Positions 62,871-64,000 of a stretch of 64,000 nucleotides of DNA are shown piece by piece. The notes under the pieces were generated by a model that was given only the letters and a program-made list of their open reading frames with translations, did not search any database and was not told the origin of the DNA. Origin of the DNA: Marsupella aquatica (taxonomy: Eukaryota > Plantae > Marchantiophyta); NCBI GenBank assembly GCA_973895155.1, contig OZ316891.1, positions 27,841,045-27,905,044 of the forward strand. The letters are read 5' to 3'. Numbering within the stretch: the first letter of the stretch is position 1; each line of letters opens with the position of its first letter. Made by a program: the position numbers and the translations under genes.

Positions 62871-64000
62871 AAATAGCACTCTATCAAGAAACAATAGACA
62901 TGATAGAATGACAACTCTGTTTTTCTATAAACATGCAGAGTGATTGGTATGTCAGGTTGTAACAATTGACAATCTAATATTATTGATGTCAATGTAATTT
63001 TGTTTCATAAATTTGCATTGAGTTCAATATTTACCGTGAGACTTATGAAGGTATCTTGTATGAATATCAATTGGATTTGTGATATATATCGAATGTTTCT
63101 TTAAGTTTTCATTTAGCAACTCTATTGAATGGCTTTGTAATATATGATTTTTGATTGACATCAAGTTTTATCTATCATGATCACTTAAATTTGAATTTCT
63201 CCAAATCATTGAATACTTCGTCTGAATGATTGGCTTGAATGACTAAATGACTAGCTAGAATGACTGATGTAATGGTCATTATTCACAACTATCTTTGTGA
63301 CCAATATGACTCAACTCTGGTCATTAAAGACATAGACTAAATGATTCAAAGAATGACATATACAATGACCTTTCTCATGGTCATTATAAACAAGTCCACT
63401 ATGACTCACTTTATGTCATTCAAGACATGTCATTAATGACTAATGTGTATCTTTACGTGTCTTCTCCCAATTGAACCACGTGTCTCAATATGACTTGTTT
63501 ATACTGTAGTCATTTTGGACACGTCCAAAATGACCCAAATATATTGCCAAATGGTGAATCCTCTTTGAACCACGTGTCACTATTTGATTTGTTATATAAT
63601 GTACGTCATTTTGGACTGTCCAAAATGACCAATGTTATTAGTTTTTTTATTGCCACGTGTCGTTGTGTGATTGGGTACGGGGACCATCGACGGTCAACGG
63701 CAATTGACCGTCGATGGTGATTTGTGTCGTCATTTTGGACCGTTCAACATTTATGACCATATCATAAAAACGGTCATTTAGGATAGTATGAAATGACCAC
63801 ATGTTTTTAGCGTCATTTGTCCAAAAGGACCGTGACCAAAATGTCCGTTGTGACGTGTCTGGAAAGACGAGAACAATTGCGTCATTGTTTTGTTAAAAAG
63901 ACCTGATTAATAGTCATTGTTTTGGTCATAAAATACATTGTTTTCTACTAGTGTGATGCATATGCTCACACAACAAAGCAGAATAGGATCAAGTTGGATC

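Larger units (their letters stand above)
44933..63953 (+). mobile_element. Full-length CACTA (En/Spm) DNA transposon, 19,021 bp
   Basis: Left TIR CACTAGAAGAAAACA..TTTATGACCAA, right TIR (reverse complement) CACTAGTAGAAAACA..TTTATGACCAA; 3-bp TSD TGA; ATGAC/GTCAT-rich subterminal regions; transposase and ORF2 inside. Confidence 0.97.
41712..64000 (+). mobile_element. Ty1/copia copy B (degenerate), interrupted by the CACTA element at 44933-63953
   Basis: LTR 41712-42054, PBS 42057-42068, gag and PR-IN to 44932; integrase sequence (FGSD|AY..KQNR.KLD) resumes at 63954. Confidence 0.95.

Overview
Eukaryotic land-plant nuclear DNA (spliceosomal introns, telo-box, CYP97B and LecRK remnants), rich in transposons. 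Host genes: cytosolic ribosomal protein eL24/RPL24 (+, 4 exons), mitochondrial-type uL24 (-, 5 exons, with an antisense LecRK kinase pseudogene in intron 1), an ADAL/MAPDA adenosine-deaminase-like gene (+, 11 exons), a CYP97B pseudogene fragment and an intronless RINGv ORF. One Ty1/copia family occurs four times: two internal-domain copies and two solo LTRs with 5-bp TSDs. Both internal copies keep the same in-frame TGA between gag and pol. The second copy is split by a complete 19,021-bp CACTA transposon (44933-63953, TGA TSD) with an intact 3-exon transposase. The main candidate for a new system is this element's cargo. It carries a stand-alone 219-aa ORF made of an EDM2-type PHD-finger cluster whose N-terminus (ARNKQKA) resembles the histone H3 tail (ARTKQTA). 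Its ORF2 begins with a CDCA7/WDR76-like YEEARNRNIEHNVRIMRDLGL helix plus an RRSSRL motif, and its left arm holds about 5 kb of tandem arrays with a 36-bp palindrome every ~578 bp. Together these suggest a TE-encoded chromatin-reading or anti-silencing system. Family assignments come from motif recognition by eye; no searches were run.
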